DNA of 64,000 bases from Clostridia bacterium (GCA_050951325.1 JBMNIW010000003.1:64001-128000); one strand, 5' to 3'. Positions 9,970 through 22,141 are shown, counted from the first letter of the stretch. Translations and numbers: made by a program. Notes: generated by a model not told the origin, from the sequence alone.

Positions 9970-10926
9970 CTACTCTTCGCTGGATTTAAGTGAAAGTCCG
10001 AGAGAAGCAAGCTTTGCAACTACCTCCTCTAGAGACTTTCTACCCAAGTTGCGAACTTTCATCATATCTTCTTCTGTTTTGTTTACAAGATCTCCTACAG
10101 TATTTACTGCAGCTCTCTTCAAACAGTTGTATGATCTGACAGACAGATCAAGTTCTTCTATGTTCATCTCAAGAATTTTCTCTTTCTTGGATGCAGCAGT
10201 ATCTTCAACAGGCTCTTCTTCTTCCTCTTCCTGCTGTGTCAGGTTGACAAATAGACTGAGTTGTTCAGTAAGAATCTTGGCACTAAGACTGATTGCCTCA
10301 TCGGGCATCAAGGCTCCGTTTGTCCACACTTCCAAGGTCAACTTGTCAAAGTCTGTAACATTGCCTACACGAGTGTCTTCTACAAAGAAGTTTACTTTTT
10401 TCACAGGGGTAAAAATAGAATCAATCGGAATGTCTCCAAAAGCCTGATTGGGCATCTTGTTCTTTATCGCTGGTTTCCAACCTGTGCCGTTCTCCACTAT
10501 CATCTCAATATACAGTCTGCCTTTTCCACTAAGCGTTGCAATGTGATGATCTGGGTTCAAAATCTCTACATCGGAATCACATTTGATATCTCCTGCAGTT
10601 ACGATTCCCTGTTCGCTGCTGTCGATATATACAACTTTTCTTTCATTGGTATGAAGCTTTACAGCTATCTCCTTGATGTTCAATATGATTTCCGTTAAGT
10701 CTTCCACCACACCATCTATGGTAGAGAACTCATGCAGGGCACCTTCAACTTTAACAGTTGTGACAGCGGAACCTGGTAGAGAAGAAAGTAAAATCCTTCT
10801 TAACGAATTACCTAAGGTAGTTCCGTACCCTCTTTCCAAAGGTTCAACGACAAAAACGCCTTTTATGCCTTCAGGAGTCTCTTCCGTTGAAACATTCTCA
10901 ATTCTTGGCTTTACAAATTCATTCAT
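9970..10926 (-). CDS. rpoA: RNA polymerase alpha subunit
   Basis: [37 protein letters not shown]. Confidence 0.99.
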   Translation of the reverse strand: MNEFVKPRIENVSTEETPEGIKGVFVVEPLERGYGTTLGNSLRRILLSSLPGSAVTTVKVEGALHEFSTIDGVVEDLTEIILNIKEIAVKLHTNERKVVYIDSSEQGIVTAGDIKCDSDVEILNPDHHIATLSGKGRLYIEMIVENGTGWKPAIKNKMPNQAFGDIPIDSIFTPVKKVNFFVEDTRVGNVTDFDKLTLEVWTNGALMPDEAISLSAKILTEQLSLFVNLTQQEEEEEEPVEDTAASKKEKILEMNIEELDLSVRSYNCLKRAAVNTVGDLVNKTEEDMMKVRNLGRKSLEEVVAKLASLGLSLKSSEE

Positions 10927-10952
10927 GATTTTACCCTCCCTGGAAAAATTTA

Positions 10953-11579
10953 TTACTTACTGTACAACTCAACAATCAAGTGCTCCTGAATTTCTACATC
11001 CAAATCTTCTTTCGTTGGAACTCCAACTACTGTTGCAGTCAATTTGTCACTGTCAAAGTCCAGCCAGTTAGGGACTGTACGTCCTGAAGTAATATCCAAA
11101 ACCTCTTCGATTCTCTTGGTTCCTCTGCTTTGTTCAGCAAGGGCAACAACATCATTTACAGACAGCAAATATGATGGAATATTAACTCTTCTTCCATTAA
11201 CCGTAATATGTCCATGTCTTACAAGCTGCCTTGCTTCCGCTCTTGACGTACCCAATCCCATGCGGTATACAACGTTGTCAAGTCTTGATTCCAATATAGC
11301 AAGCAGATTTTCACCGGTAACACCTGATTGTTTGCTGGCTTTATCAAAATAGTTGCGGAACTGTTTTTCGAGTACGCCATAAATTCTTCTGGCCTTCTGC
11401 TTTTCACGCAACTGAAGTCCGTATTCACTCATCTTCTTTCTTGCTCTTCCGTGCTGTCCAGGTGCATACTCTCTGCGTGCAACTGGGCATTTATCTGTAT
11501 AACACTTTTCACCTTTAAGGAAAAGTTTTTGACCTTCTCGTCTACAAAGTCTGCAAACTGCATCCGTATATCTCGCCAT
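10953..11579 (-). CDS. rpsD: 30S ribosomal protein S4 (Cys/Zn-type)
   Basis: [27 protein letters not shown]. Confidence 0.99.
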   Translation of the reverse strand: MARYTDAVCRLCRREGQKLFLKGEKCYTDKCPVARREYAPGQHGRARKKMSEYGLQLREKQKARRIYGVLEKQFRNYFDKASKQSGVTGENLLAILESRLDNVVYRMGLGTSRAEARQLVRHGHITVNGRRVNIPSYLLSVNDVVALAEQSRGTKRIEEVLDITSGRTVPNWLDFDSDKLTATVVGVPTKEDLDVEIQEHLIVELYSK

Positions 11580-11597
11580 TAAATATCTACACCTCCG

Positions 11598-11996
11598 TTA
11601 TACTCTTCTTCTCTTTGGCGGTCTGCACCCGTTGTGAGGAATTGGAGTCTCGTCCTTAATCACACTGATTTCCAGACCTGCAGCTTGCAATGCTCTAATT
11701 GCAGCCTCACGACCAGATCCTGGTCCTCTAACAAGGACTTCAACTGTCTTCAAACCATGTTCCATCGCAGCTCTTGCAGCGGTATCAGCAGCTGATTGTG
11801 CCGCAAACGGAGTGCTCTTTTTAGATCCTCTAAATCCCAATTGTCCGGCACTAGCCCATGACAATGTATTTCCCTGCTTGTCTGAGATAGTTACTATGGT
11901 GTTGTTGAAGCTTGAACGGATGTGCGCAATACCGTGTTCAACGTTTTTGCGTTCTCTTCTTTTTACTCTGCTTCTCTTAGCTGTTTTTACTGCCAT
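11598..11996 (-). CDS. rpsK: 30S ribosomal protein S11
   Basis: [27 protein letters not shown]. Confidence 0.99.
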   Translation of the reverse strand: MAVKTAKRSRVKRRERKNVEHGIAHIRSSFNNTIVTISDKQGNTLSWASAGQLGFRGSKKSTPFAAQSAADTAARAAMEHGLKTVEVLVRGPGSGREAAIRALQAAGLEISVIKDETPIPHNGCRPPKRRRV

Positions 11997-12015
11997 GCTT
12001 TAGTCAAACCTCCCA

Positions 12016-12384
12016 TTACTTTCTCTTGCCTGCTACGGTCTTTGCAGGACCTTTACGGGTTCTTGCATTCGTCTTGGTCCTTTGACCACGCACAGGAAGT
12101 CCCATCCTGTGTCTTCTACCTCTGTAACATCCAATTTCCATGAGACGTTTGATATTAAGATTTACCTCTCTGCGAACATCACCTTCAACGTGGTATTCTT
12201 TATCTATAACATCTCTTAAACTATTTACTTCTTCATCAGTCAGATCTCTGACTCTTGTATCGGGGCTAATACCGGTTTTGTTAAGGATTTCTTTTGCAGT
12301 TGATCTGCCAATACCGTATATATATGTCAACCCGATTTCAATTCGCTTGTCTCTTGGCAAGTCTACACCTGCTATACGAGCCAT
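12016..12384 (-). CDS. rpsM: 30S ribosomal protein S13
   Basis: [28 protein letters not shown]. Confidence 0.99.
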   Translation of the reverse strand: MARIAGVDLPRDKRIEIGLTYIYGIGRSTAKEILNKTGISPDTRVRDLTDEEVNSLRDVIDKEYHVEGDVRREVNLNIKRLMEIGCYRGRRHRMGLPVRGQRTKTNARTRKGPAKTVAGKRK

Positions 12385-12499
12385 TAAAGAAAACACCTCC
12401 AAATAATTTTACAATAAATATAGAATAATAATAAATATATAATAACACATTAGACATGAAATTTCTTTCATGCAGCCGCTTCCAATGTGATTATTTTAC

Positions 12500-12616
12500 C
12501 TAGCCTTGTTTCTGCTTGTGCTTTGGATAAGCAGTACAGATAACCATTACTTTTCCTTTTCTCTTTATAACCTTGCATTTGTCACAAATGGGTTTTACTG
12601 ATGGTCTTACCTTCAT
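12500..12616 (-). CDS. rpmJ: 50S ribosomal protein L36 (absent from the ORF track)
   Basis: Manual translation: [38 protein letters not shown]; GGAGG RBS. Confidence 0.97.
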   Translation of the reverse strand: MKVRPSVKPICDKCKVIKRKGKVMVICTAYPKHKQKQG

Positions 12617-12637
12617 TAAAACAAACCTCCTTTAAAG

Positions 12638-12853
12638 CTACTTGCGCCATGTTATTCTGCCACGACTGAGGTCATAGGGGCTAATTTCCACAGTTACCCT
12701 GTCGCCTTGCAGAATACGTATATAGTTAGTCCTTAACTTTCCGGATATGTGCGCAGTTACCACGTGTCCGTTGTCAAGGGTTACCTTGAAAAAACAGTTT
12801 GGAAGTACATCTGTTACTGTACCTTCAACTTCAATTACATCTTCTTTTGACAA
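12638..12853 (-). CDS. infA: Translation initiation factor IF-1
   Basis: [29 protein letters not shown]; TTG start. Confidence 0.99.
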   Translation of the reverse strand: MSKEDVIEVEGTVTDVLPNCFFKVTLDNGHVVTAHISGKLRTNYIRILQGDRVTVEISPYDLSRGRITWRK

Positions 12854-12865
12854 ATTACACTCCTC

Positions 12866-13633
12866 CTATTTATATAGTGTAGTTAGTATTGGTTCATTAT
12901 CTGTAATAATTACAGTATTTTCATAATGAGCAGAAAATTTGCCATCCGCCGTCAATACAGTCCAATGATCGGATGCCATTCTAATATTACTCATACCAGC
13001 ATTCACCATTGGCTCTATTGCCAGTGACATGCCGGAAACCAACCTAGGTCCTGGAATCCGTGACCTATAATTTGGAATTTCCGGCCCCTCATGCAATTCT
13101 TTCCCAATTCCATGACCGGTAAACTCCCTAACCACGGAAAATCCGTTTTTTTCTACATAATCCTGAATGTTTCCGGATATATCTATTATACGGTTGCCCG
13201 TATATGCTTTCTTGATACCCTCAAAGAAGCTGTTTTGGGTTACTTCTATCAATCTTAAAGCTTCTTCGGAACATTTGCCTACAGGATAAGTCCTTGCTGC
13301 ATCGCCATGATAGCCATTGTATAGTGCTCCAACATCAATGCTGATTATGTCTCCTTCTTTCAGTACCCTGTTGCCAGGTATACCATGAATCACCTCGTCA
13401 TTTATCGAGGTACAGATTGCTGCTGGAAACGGCTTTGCGCGGTGCGAGCCCTTAACTCCTTTAAAAGAGGGAAAAGCACCACACTTTATTATATAATTTG
13501 TAGCAATTCTGTCAAGTTCTTTTGTAGTAATTCCTGGTTCTACCTTCTCTTTAAGCAGTTCCAGAACCTCAAAAACTATTCTGCCTGCAGTTTTCATTTG
13601 TTCGATTTCATACCTTGTTTTGATATTAATCAT
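12866..13633 (-). CDS. map: Methionine aminopeptidase type I
   Basis: HGIP, DVGA..GYHGDAA, GHGIG..HE, AIEPM. Confidence 0.97.
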   Translation of the reverse strand: MINIKTRYEIEQMKTAGRIVFEVLELLKEKVEPGITTKELDRIATNYIIKCGAFPSFKGVKGSHRAKPFPAAICTSINDEVIHGIPGNRVLKEGDIISIDVGALYNGYHGDAARTYPVGKCSEEALRLIEVTQNSFFEGIKKAYTGNRIIDISGNIQDYVEKNGFSVVREFTGHGIGKELHEGPEIPNYRSRIPGPRLVSGMSLAIEPMVNAGMSNIRMASDHWTVLTADGKFSAHYENTVIITDNEPILTTLYK

Positions 13634-14277
13634 TTTGTTATGTCTATTGCCTCCAATATGTTCTTAAGCGTTTGCTCATAACTTTCCATACCTTTTGCGT
13701 TTCTCAATATTTTCCGTGCAGCGTAATAGTTTAACAAAGGCTCGGTTTGATTATGATATGATATGAATCTCTCTTTGATTATCTCTATCTTATCATCATC
13801 TCTTTTCACCAATTTACCACCACACTTAGGACAAGTGTCGTTCTTAACGCAGGTCTGAGACAAGCTGAATGTGCTCTTGCATTGAGAGCAAACCCTTCTT
13901 GACAACAACCTTTGTATCAATACATCCTCTTCAACAAGAATGTTGACTACATAATCAACCTTCCTGTTCTTTCCCTCAAGAAACTTGTCAAGCTCTTCAG
14001 CCTGAACAAGAGTTCTTGGAAAACCATCCAGAATGAAACCATCATCACAATCTTCTTTGCTTAATCTGTCTTTTACTATGGACATTGTGATTTCATCCGG
14101 CACCAACATACCTTTGGAAATATACTTATCTGCTACAATACCCAGTTCGGTTTGTTGGGAGATATTATCTCTAAAAATATCACCTGTAGATATATGAGGT
14201 ATGTTCAGCATCTCTGATAGTTTCTTTGCATGTGTTCCCTTACCTGCACCTGGTGCTCCAACAAAAATAATATTCAC
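13630..14277 (-). CDS. adk: Adenylate kinase (Zn-lid type)
   Basis: GAPGAGKGT, LDGFPRT, CSQC...CPKC lid. Confidence 0.98.
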   Translation of the reverse strand: MNIIFVGAPGAGKGTHAKKLSEMLNIPHISTGDIFRDNISQQTELGIVADKYISKGMLVPDEITMSIVKDRLSKEDCDDGFILDGFPRTLVQAEELDKFLEGKNRKVDYVVNILVEEDVLIQRLLSRRVCSQCKSTFSLSQTCVKNDTCPKCGGKLVKRDDDKIEIIKERFISYHNQTEPLLNYYAARKILRNAKGMESYEQTLKNILEAIDITK

Positions 14278-14346
14278 TGCCAGACCTCATTTCTTTTCAA
14301 CATTCATGAGAGTTTAGCAAGTAAACTCCCATGAAATTAAGTTCTA

Positions 14347-15672
14347 TTACTCCAAGAATCCTTTGTAATGTCTCATCAACATCTGTGATTCGAGCTGTCT
14401 TACTGTTTCAAGTGCAACACCAACCAGAATCAACACTGTGGTTCCTCCAAACCAGAGATTCAAACTTCCCAAATTCTTGTAGAACAGTGACGAAACCTTC
14501 TGCAAAAAGCTTGGCAAAACTGCCAGTGCTGCGAGGAAGAAAGCACCAAATGTTGTTATCTTTCTGGATGAATTCTTTATGAATTCTACAGTTGGTCGTC
14601 CTGGCCTCAAGCCTGGAATGAATCCACCATTCTTCTTCAGGTTGTTTGCTATGTCTACAGGATCGAAATATACCATGTTGTAGAAAAATGTAAAAGCAAC
14701 AATCAGAACAGCATACAGAAGCAAATACCACCATGAGTTGTTGAAATTATTCAACCAAGTGTCAAATTTCGAACCCCTTGCAGTAAACGCAACAATTGTT
14801 GCTGGGAACTGTAGCATTGACATTGCAAAGATTATTGGTAGTACGCCGGAAGAATTGACTCTAAGGGGTATGTGAGTATTCTGTCCACCATAGATTTTTC
14901 TTCCTACAACCCTCTTTGCATATTGTACTGGTATTCTACGCTCTCCGCCTTCCATCCATACAACCGCCATAATGACAGCCAGGAACACAATCAAGATTGC
15001 CAATACTATTACTATTCTCAATACCAAGTGTAATCCAGCAAGAATTTCCTTGCCTGAGAGCAATCCATAAAGCATCCTTGCAGCACTTGGAGCGTTTGCA
15101 ACAATACCAGCAAAAATAATCATTGATATTCCATTTCCAATACCTACCTCAGTAATCTTTTCTCCCAGCCATACAAGTATTGCGGTACCTGTGGTGAAAG
15201 AAATAACAATAAGCAGGAAAGTAAATGCGGATGAAATAAAGCTGTTGCCAATTGTTATTGTAAATCCTTCAACCTGGATGTAGAGCATGATTGCCTGGAA
15301 AAGCCCTAAACCCAAAGCAACGTATCTTGTTATCCTAGTTATAACCTTTCTGCCTTCCTGTCCTTCCTTCTGCAGTTTCTCAAGAGCAGGAATGGCAACG
15401 GTCAAAAGCTGCATGATAATGGAAGCGTTGATGTATGGTGATATACCCATGGCAAAAATGGATATGTTTCTAAAAGCGCTTCCTGTCAACAGATCCATAA
15501 ATTTGAAAAGACCGTTCCCGGCAAGCGATGTCAAAGCATCCGCTTCCAAGCCGGGAATAGCTATAAAGCATCCAATTCTAAAGATTACGACGAGCAATAG
15601 TGTCATATAAATCTTTTTTCTTAATTCGGGAATTTTAAAAGCGTTGACTACAATAGTGAATAAACTCTTCAA
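14347..15672 (-). CDS. secY: Preprotein translocase SecY
   Basis: SIFAMGISPYINASIIMQLL, GIGNGISMIIF, IPGLRPG. Confidence 0.99.
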   Translation of the reverse strand: MKSLFTIVVNAFKIPELRKKIYMTLLLVVIFRIGCFIAIPGLEADALTSLAGNGLFKFMDLLTGSAFRNISIFAMGISPYINASIIMQLLTVAIPALEKLQKEGQEGRKVITRITRYVALGLGLFQAIMLYIQVEGFTITIGNSFISSAFTFLLIVISFTTGTAILVWLGEKITEVGIGNGISMIIFAGIVANAPSAARMLYGLLSGKEILAGLHLVLRIVIVLAILIVFLAVIMAVVWMEGGERRIPVQYAKRVVGRKIYGGQNTHIPLRVNSSGVLPIIFAMSMLQFPATIVAFTARGSKFDTWLNNFNNSWWYLLLYAVLIVAFTFFYNMVYFDPVDIANNLKKNGGFIPGLRPGRPTVEFIKNSSRKITTFGAFFLAALAVLPSFLQKVSSLFYKNLGSLNLWFGGTTVLILVGVALETVRQLESQMLMRHYKGFLE

Positions 15673-15673
15673 T

Positions 15674-16117
15674 TTATATCACCTCAGCCTTTCCCCCTAT
15701 GCTCTCAATCTTCTCAGCTGCAGTCTTTGAGTACTTAGCAGCTCTAACGGTCAACTTCTTTTCAAGTTCACCAGTTCCGAGAACACACAAGCCGTCATGC
15801 TCTTTCTTGATAAGGCCTGCTTCAATAAGTTCCTTTGCACTTACTACGCTGCCATCTTCGAATATATTCAAGTCTTCGACATTGACTTCAGCATAAACCT
15901 TTGCAAATCTTTTGTTATTGAAACCGCGCTTTGGTATCCTTCTATAAAGAGGTGTCTGACCGCCTTCAAAGCCAGGTCTTACTCCACCACCAGAACGTGC
16001 CTTTTGACCCTTATGGCCTCTACCAGCTGTTTTTCCGTTTCCAGAACCATGTCCTCTTCCTTTTCTGAAAGCTTTAGTTGTAGAACCACTTGCAGGTCTT
16101 AACTCACCAAGTTTCAT
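15674..16117 (-). CDS. rplO: 50S ribosomal protein L15
   Basis: [25 protein letters not shown]. Confidence 0.99.
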   Translation of the reverse strand: MKLGELRPASGSTTKAFRKGRGHGSGNGKTAGRGHKGQKARSGGGVRPGFEGGQTPLYRRIPKRGFNNKRFAKVYAEVNVEDLNIFEDGSVVSAKELIEAGLIKKEHDGLCVLGTGELEKKLTVRAAKYSKTAAEKIESIGGKAEVI

Positions 16118-16130
16118 TACTCACACCTCC

Positions 16131-16304
16131 TTAGATCTCTTCAACTTTTACTAAGTGATTAACCTTCTGTATCATTCCTCTGATTTGAGGATTATCCTTA
16201 TGTGTGACAGAACTACCTGTCTTTCTTAATCCTAACGCTCTAACGGTAGCAACCTGCTTTTTATTCGAACCGGTAGTGCTTCTTACTAATGTTATCTTAA
16301 GCAT
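16131..16304 (-). CDS. rpmD: 50S ribosomal protein L30
   Basis: LKITLVRS...TVRALGLRK...IRGMIQKV. Confidence 0.97.
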   Translation of the reverse strand: MLKITLVRSTTGSNKKQVATVRALGLRKTGSSVTHKDNPQIRGMIQKVNHLVKVEEI

Positions 16305-16314
16305 CATAATCCCC

Positions 16315-16815
16315 CTATTCAAGAATTTCATCTACAGTCTTACCGCGAAGTTTGGCAACCTCTTCCACTGTGACAAGCTGCTTAAGAGCTTCAATTGTTG
16401 CATATACGATGTTTATCTGATTGGGAGAACCCAAGGATTTGGTCCTAATGTCCCTAATACCCGCAAGCTCACATACCGCTCTTACAGGGCCGCCTGCTAT
16501 AACTCCGCTACCTTCGCTAGCTGGTTTGAGCAGAACCTTGGCTGCTCCAAATTTTCCTATAATCTCATGAGGGATCGTAGTATTAACCATAGGAACCTTG
16601 ATAATATTCTTTCTGGCTTTCTCAGCACCTTTACGAATAGCGTCAGCTACTTCGTTTGCCTTGCCCAGTGCAGCACCTACATGTCCTTGTCCGTCTCCGA
16701 CAACAACAAGAGCACTCCATCTGAAATTACGACCACCTTTGACAACCTTGGTAACCTTACCAAGATGGACAAGTTTTTCAGTAAATTTCTTTTCGTCTAT
16801 ATTCATATGTTCCAT
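16315..16815 (-). CDS. rpsE: 30S ribosomal protein S5
   Basis: [30 protein letters not shown]; start re-called. Confidence 0.98.
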   Translation of the reverse strand: MEHMNIDEKKFTEKLVHLGKVTKVVKGGRNFRWSALVVVGDGQGHVGAALGKANEVADAIRKGAEKARKNIIKVPMVNTTIPHEIIGKFGAAKVLLKPASEGSGVIAGGPVRAVCELAGIRDIRTKSLGSPNQINIVYATIEALKQLVTVEEVAKLRGKTVDEILE

Positions 16816-16834
16816 TCCATAATCCTCCCCGTTA

Positions 16835-17203
16835 TTAGAAGTCCAGACCAGCTTCTCTTGCCGCTTCTGCCAAACCTGCAACTCTGCCGTGGTAAACGTA
16901 TCCGCCGCGGTCAAATACAACCGTTGTTATGCCCTGCGCCTTTGCTCTCTCTGCAATCAGCGTACCGACAGCTTTTGCGGCTTCTACATTTCCAAAAGAC
17001 TCGAACTTATCTCTGATGGATTTGTCCAATGTAGAAGCAGAAACCAATGTTCTTCCGGTTGTGTCATCTATTATCTGAGCATACACATGAGACAAACTTC
17101 TATAAACATTTAATCTCGGACGCTCGGGGGTACCAAAGACTTTCTTTCTGACGCGATCATGTCTTCTTTTGCGTATATCATTTCTACTCATTTTTCTTGT
17201 CAT
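16835..17203 (-). CDS. rplR: 50S ribosomal protein L18
   Basis: [22 protein letters not shown]. Confidence 0.99.
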   Translation of the reverse strand: MTRKMSRNDIRKRRHDRVRKKVFGTPERPRLNVYRSLSHVYAQIIDDTTGRTLVSASTLDKSIRDKFESFGNVEAAKAVGTLIAERAKAQGITTVVFDRGGYVYHGRVAGLAEAAREAGLDF

Positions 17204-17223
17204 TATAGTCTCACTCCCTCTTA

Positions 17224-17769
17224 CTACTTACCTGAGCCGGACTTGCCTTCTTTACGTCTGATGACTTCATCAGAGTACTTGATACCTTTACCCTTGTAAG
17301 GCTCTGGTTTCCTCTTGCTTCTTATCTTGGCAGCAAACTCACCAACGGCCTGCTTGTCGGCACCCTTGACAATTATTCTGTTGGCAGCTGGCACTTCCAC
17401 TGTAATACCTTCTGGTTCTTCCATTTCAATAGGATGTGAATAACCTAGGTTCAATACGAGTTTGTTGCCTTGCTTTGCGGCTCTATATCCAACACCGTTT
17501 ATCTCCAATGTTTTTTCAAATCCCTTTGTTACTCCTTCAATCATATTGAAAATAAGAGTTCTGGTCAATCCATGAAGTGAACGGTCAAACTTTTCATCCG
17601 ATGAACGCTCAACAATAATATTGTTGTCCTCAATCTTTATAGAAATGTTAGGATGAAACTTGTTTTCCAATGACCCTTTGGGTCCTTTAACCTGAACTAC
17701 ATTTCCATTGGATAGAGTTACATTTACTCCGTCCGGAATTGCAACAGGTTTCTTTCCTATTCTCGACAT
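17224..17769 (-). CDS. rplF: 50S ribosomal protein L6
   Basis: [19 protein letters not shown]. Confidence 0.99.
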   Translation of the reverse strand: MSRIGKKPVAIPDGVNVTLSNGNVVQVKGPKGSLENKFHPNISIKIEDNNIIVERSSDEKFDRSLHGLTRTLIFNMIEGVTKGFEKTLEINGVGYRAAKQGNKLVLNLGYSHPIEMEEPEGITVEVPAANRIIVKGADKQAVGEFAAKIRSKRKPEPYKGKGIKYSDEVIRRKEGKSGSGK

Positions 17770-17825
17770 TTTCTTTCCTCCGATCTTAAAATTATGAACA
17801 ATCCAATTGTCCTTTTCAGATTTTC

Positions 17826-18224
17826 TTACCAAACGTAAGCCAGAACTTCTCCGCCTACGCCAAGCTTTCTTGCTTTCTTATCCGTCATAATACCCTTCGA
17901 TGTTGAAACTATTGCGATTCCAAGTCCACCCAAAACTCTGGGCAATTCGTCCTTCTTAGCATACACTCTTAAGCCGGGTTTACTTATTCTCTTTATTCCG
18001 GAGATAACATGCTTTTTCGTAGGAGTATACTTCAGAGTTATTCTTAGAATTCCCTGTCTCCCATCATCGATTTTAACTACTTCCCTTATATATCCTTCTT
18101 CCAACAAAATGTCGGCAATTGAAGCCTTAACCTTAGACGAAGGGATATCAACGGTTTCGTGTTTTGCACTGCCTGCATTTCTGATACGTGTCAGCATATC
18201 AGCTATAACATCTGTCACTTGCAT
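17826..18224 (-). CDS. rpsH: 30S ribosomal protein S8
   Basis: [21 protein letters not shown]. Confidence 0.99.
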   Translation of the reverse strand: MQVTDVIADMLTRIRNAGSAKHETVDIPSSKVKASIADILLEEGYIREVVKIDDGRQGILRITLKYTPTKKHVISGIKRISKPGLRVYAKKDELPRVLGGLGIAIVSTSKGIMTDKKARKLGVGGEVLAYVW

Positions 18225-18248
18225 ATTTGCTGCCTCCTTCTTTATAGC

Positions 18249-18434
18249 CTACCAGCTTGATTTCTTTACACCGGGTATCTGGCCTTTATACGCTAACTCT
18301 CTAAAGCATATACGGCATATGCCGAACTTCCTTAAATACGCACGAGGACGTCCGCAAAGTTGACACCTGTTGTATGCTCTGGTTGAATACTTGGGTTCTC
18401 TTTTTTGTTTTATTTTCATTGATTCTTTTGCCAC
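18249..18434 (-). CDS. rpsN: 30S ribosomal protein S14, type Z (Zn-binding)
   Basis: RCQLCGRPR...CRICFRELA; GTG start. Confidence 0.98.
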   Translation of the reverse strand: MAKESMKIKQKREPKYSTRAYNRCQLCGRPRAYLRKFGICRICFRELAYKGQIPGVKKSSW

Positions 18435-18449
18435 AATCAATACCTCCCG

Positions 18450-18989
18450 TTACTGTCGATAAGGCATTCCCATGAGCCCTAACAACTCTTTTGCCTCTTC
18501 ATCGGTTTTAGCAGTGGTTACGATGATAACATCCATACCCCTGACCTTGTCAATCTTATCATAGTCTATCTCTGGAAATATGATTTGCTCCTTTATTCCC
18601 AGGGCATAGTTTCCTCTTCCGTCAAAGGAATTTGGAGAAACGCCGTGGAAGTCTCTAATACGGGGCAAAACTATGTTCACCAACTTATCCAGAAAAGCAT
18701 ACATGCGGGCTCCTCTGAGAGTGACCTTGATTCCTACATTCATACCTTCCCTGAGCTTGAAAGCAGCAATAGATTTCTTTGCCTTGGTTACAACAGGTCT
18801 CTGTCCCGTTATCAATGAAAGATCTTCTATTGCAGAATCAATGGCCTTTGGGTTTTCTCTTGCTTCTCCGAGACCCATATTGACAACAATCTTCTCAACT
18901 TTAGGAACCTGCATAACACTCTTATAGTTGAATTTTTCCATCATTGCAGGAATTATTTCGTTTTGATATTTTTCCTTAAGCCTTAACAT
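18450..18989 (-). CDS. rplE: 50S ribosomal protein L5
   Basis: [24 protein letters not shown]. Confidence 0.99.
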   Translation of the reverse strand: MLRLKEKYQNEIIPAMMEKFNYKSVMQVPKVEKIVVNMGLGEARENPKAIDSAIEDLSLITGQRPVVTKAKKSIAAFKLREGMNVGIKVTLRGARMYAFLDKLVNIVLPRIRDFHGVSPNSFDGRGNYALGIKEQIIFPEIDYDKIDKVRGMDVIIVTTAKTDEEAKELLGLMGMPYRQ

Positions 18990-19010
18990 TTTTTAGCCTC
19001 CTTGAGTTCC

Positions 19011-19355
19011 TCACTTGCTGGTGTCCACGGTAAAGATGTCTGCACCACAATCCTTCTTCTTGCATACTCGCACCTTTACTGCCTTACCGTCCACCATTAT
19101 CTGCTTGTTTCCAGTTCTGGTGGGTTTGCCACATTCAGGACAAACAAGCATGACATTTGATACATGTATGGGAGCCTCTTGTGTTACAATACCACCTGTG
19201 TCATACTGACCTCTAGGCTTCTTGTGCTTTGTTACAAGGTTAACCCCCTCAACAACCACTCTATTCTGAGCAGGGAGAGCTTTTATTACTTTACCTTTTT
19301 CACCTTTGCTTTTTCCAGTGATTACGATAACTGTATCACCTTTTTTGATATGCAT
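19011..19355 (-). CDS. rplX: 50S ribosomal protein L24
   Basis: [22 protein letters not shown]. Confidence 0.98.
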   Translation of the reverse strand: MHIKKGDTVIVITGKSKGEKGKVIKALPAQNRVVVEGVNLVTKHKKPRGQYDTGGIVTQEAPIHVSNVMLVCPECGKPTRTGNKQIMVDGKAVKVRVCKKKDCGADIFTVDTSK

Positions 19356-19369
19356 ACAACTACCTCCCC

Positions 19370-19738
19370 TTATAGTACTTCTGGAGCCAGTGATATGATT
19401 TTCATGAAATCACTGCTTCTTAGCTCACGAGCAACAGGTCCAAAAATACGGGTTCCTCTTGGATTCATGTCATCTTTTATGATAACTGCTGCGTTCTCAT
19501 CAAATCTAATGTGTGTTCCGTCAGGTCTTCTGATACCCTTCTTGGTACGAACAACAACAGCTTTGACAACTTCACCCTTTGAAACGACTCCGCCTGGAAC
19601 CGCACTCTTAACTGAACAAACTATTATATCGCCTATGTTGGCGTAACGCTTCTTGCTGCCACCAAGTACCTTAATGCACATAAGTTCCTTGGCTCCAGTA
19701 TTATCAGCGACTCTTAGTCTTGTTTGTGTTTGTATCAT
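19370..19738 (-). CDS. rplN: 50S ribosomal protein L14
   Basis: [20 protein letters not shown]. Confidence 0.99.
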   Translation of the reverse strand: MIQTQTRLRVADNTGAKELMCIKVLGGSKKRYANIGDIIVCSVKSAVPGGVVSKGEVVKAVVVRTKKGIRRPDGTHIRFDENAAVIIKDDMNPRGTRIFGPVARELRSSDFMKIISLAPEVL

Positions 19739-19755
19739 TTACAAAACCTCCTACA

Positions 19756-20013
19756 CTACTGTGCCTTTTCAATAATCGAAACCAATCTCCATCGCTTATC
19801 CTTGCTCAGAGGTCTGGTTTCCATAACTTCAACAACATCTCCAACTTTTGCACTGTTGTCTTCATCATGTGCTTTCAACTTGTATGTTGTTTTTACTATC
19901 TTTTTGTAAAGCGGATGAGTCTTTCTGTTTTCAACCGCAACAACTATTGTCTTATCCATTTTGTCGCTAATGACTCTACCAACTCTGGTCTTTCTTATAT
20001 TTCTCTCAGCCAA
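19756..20013 (-). CDS. rpsQ: 30S ribosomal protein S17
   Basis: [23 protein letters not shown]. Confidence 0.99.
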   Translation of the reverse strand: MAERNIRKTRVGRVISDKMDKTIVVAVENRKTHPLYKKIVKTTYKLKAHDEDNSAKVGDVVEVMETRPLSKDKRWRLVSIIEKAQ

Positions 20014-20036
20014 AACAAACTACCTCCTTCCAAGGA

Positions 20037-20252
20037 CTACTGCTCAAGGGCTGCCAGTTCTTTTTCCCTTATAATGGTCTTAACTCTGGCAATATTGCGC
20101 TTTATTACTGTTATTTCATGTGGATTATCGACATGTGATGTCGCATGCTTGAAGCGAAGCTTGAACAATTGCTCCTTCAATTCCATTTCTTCTTTTTTAA
20201 GGTCCTCCAGACTCTTTGCTCTCAAACTCTCTTTATAATCCTTAGCCTTCAT
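20037..20252 (-). CDS. rpmC: 50S ribosomal protein L29
   Basis: [10 protein letters not shown]...[10 protein letters not shown]; position in the S10 operon. Confidence 0.96.
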   Translation of the reverse strand: MKAKDYKESLRAKSLEDLKKEEMELKEQLFKLRFKHATSHVDNPHEITVIKRNIARVKTIIREKELAALEQ

Positions 20253-20682
20253 TTGCTTCACCTTCCATTTCAGCGTCACTACGCGCAATAATCTTGCACT
20301 TTATAGGAAGCTTGTGTATTGCCAATCTCAATGCTTCTCTAGCAACCTCTTCGGGTACGCCAGCAATTTCAAACATTACTCTTCCTGGTTTAACAACAGC
20401 AACCCAGTACTCTGGCGAACCTTTTCCTGAACCCATTCTTGTTTCAGCTGGCTTCTTTGTTACAGGTTTGTCGGGGAATATTTTTATCCACACCTTGCCG
20501 CCTCTTCTTGCATGACGTGTAAGAGCAATACGGGCAGCTTCAATCTGATTGCTTGTGATCCAACCACATTCCATAGCCTGTATTCCAAATTCACCATGAG
20601 CAAGTGTATTGCCACGGGAGGCTACACCCTTCATTCTGCCTCTATGAACTCTTCTGTATTTTACTCTTTTAGGTAGCAACAT
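20242..20682 (-). CDS. rplP: 50S ribosomal protein L16
   Basis: [22 protein letters not shown]. Confidence 0.99.
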   Translation of the reverse strand: MLLPKRVKYRRVHRGRMKGVASRGNTLAHGEFGIQAMECGWITSNQIEAARIALTRHARRGGKVWIKIFPDKPVTKKPAETRMGSGKGSPEYWVAVVKPGRVMFEIAGVPEEVAREALRLAIHKLPIKCKIIARSDAEMEGEANEG

Positions 20683-21347
20683 TACGCCTCGCCTCCCTCA
20701 TTACTCTTGTTGCTTGAAGCGGGTAAAACCTCGCCTTTGTAAATCCAAACCTTAACGCCGATTTTGCCATAAGTTGTATCAGCTTCAGCAAAACCATAGT
20801 CTATGTCAGCCCTGATTGTCTGTAGAGGAATTGAACCTTCATGATAGTGTTCGGTTCTCGCTATTTCAGCACCGCCAAGACGGCCGCTTACCTGTGTCTT
20901 TATTCCAAGAGCACCTGCACGCATGGACCTGGACATTGTCTGCTTCATTGCTCTTCTAAAGGAAATTCTTCTCTCGAGCTGGCTTGCAATGTTTTCAGCA
21001 ACCAACTGTGCATCCAAATCAGGTGACTTTACTTCAAAAACATTGATGCTTACGTTACGATTGGTCATCTTCTCAATCTGAGCCTTGAGCTCATCTTTGG
21101 TCGCTCCGCCTTTGCCTATAACAATACCAGGTTTTGCAACATCTATGTTGATTATAAGTTTGTTGGCAGTGCGTTCTATTCTGATTCTGGAAATACCAGC
21201 AGAATACAAGGACTTCTTGATATGCTCTCTAACCTTTGTATCTTCAACCAGGTATTCAGCAAAATTCTTTTTGTTTGCGTACCATTTTGAATCCCAATCT
21301 TTGATTATTCCAACTCTCAGTCCGTGAGGATTAACTTTCTGTCCCAT
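20682..21347 (-). CDS. rpsC: 30S ribosomal protein S3
   Basis: [21 protein letters not shown]. Confidence 0.99.
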   Translation of the reverse strand: MGQKVNPHGLRVGIIKDWDSKWYANKKNFAEYLVEDTKVREHIKKSLYSAGISRIRIERTANKLIINIDVAKPGIVIGKGGATKDELKAQIEKMTNRNVSINVFEVKSPDLDAQLVAENIASQLERRISFRRAMKQTMSRSMRAGALGIKTQVSGRLGGAEIARTEHYHEGSIPLQTIRADIDYGFAEADTTYGKIGVKVWIYKGEVLPASSNKSNEGGEA

Positions 21348-21360
21348 TGTTTGACCTCCT

Positions 21361-21840
21361 CTATTCTTCTCTTTCTTTAACAACAATTGTTATGTTGCTG
21401 GTACGTTTCAATATTCTCGCACCTCTACCTCTTGCAGCGGCTCTCATTCTCTTTAAAGTGGGACCTTGAGATACGTTTGCTTCGACAACATACAACAAAT
21501 CTTCATCAAGTTCGAAGTTGTTCACTGCGTTGGCTTCAGCAGACTTCAGCATTTTGTATAAAATCTCTGATGCCGCTTTTGGCGTATATCTCAAAATTGC
21601 ATATGCTTCTTTCAAGTCTTTGCCTTTTATCAAATCAAGAACAAGCTTTACTTTTCTTGGAGAGATTCTTACATAGTTAAGTCTTGCTACACCACGATCT
21701 CTACCGATACCAAGTACTTTGCGCTCTTTCTTCATCAAAACAAGAGGTTTCTTATTCTTTGGTGTCTTTGCGTAGTAGCTTTCGACAAGCTCATCTTTTC
21801 TTTCTAGCAACTCATCAGTTGACATTCTTTTTCTTTCCAT
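21361..21840 (-). CDS. rplV: 50S ribosomal protein L22 (N-terminally extended)
   Basis: [30 protein letters not shown]; GGAGG RBS before ATG 21840. Confidence 0.97.
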   Translation of the reverse strand: MERKRMSTDELLERKDELVESYYAKTPKNKKPLVLMKKERKVLGIGRDRGVARLNYVRISPRKVKLVLDLIKGKDLKEAYAILRYTPKAASEILYKMLKSAEANAVNNFELDEDLLYVVEANVSQGPTLKRMRAAARGRGARILKRTSNITIVVKEREE

Positions 21841-21856
21841 TGTCTAAACCTCCACT

Positions 21857-22141
21857 CTATCTTTTGAGACCACTTGACTTCTCTTTGTTAGCATGACCTC
21901 TGAATGTCCTAGTGGGCGCAAACTCACCTAGCTTGTGGCCTACCATTTCCTCGGTTATATACACAGGTACATGTTTCCTTCCGTCATGTACAGCTATCGT
22001 ATGTCCTACCATCTGTGGAAATATTGTAGAGGCCCTGGACCAGGTCTTTATTACCTGCTTAACATTTTTCTCATTCATTTCAATTATTCTTTTCAAGAGT
22101 TTCTCATCAACATATGGACCCTTTTTAACTGATCTGCTCAT
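21857..22141 (-). CDS. rpsS: 30S ribosomal protein S19
   Basis: [18 protein letters not shown]. Confidence 0.99.
   Translation of the reverse strand: MSRSVKKGPYVDEKLLKRIIEMNEKNVKQVIKTWSRASTIFPQMVGHTIAVHDGRKHVPVYITEEMVGHKLGEFAPTRTFRGHANKEKSSGLKR

Noticed and set aside
10210-10240. QQEEEEEE run in RpoA
   Set aside because: Lies in the variable NTD-CTD linker
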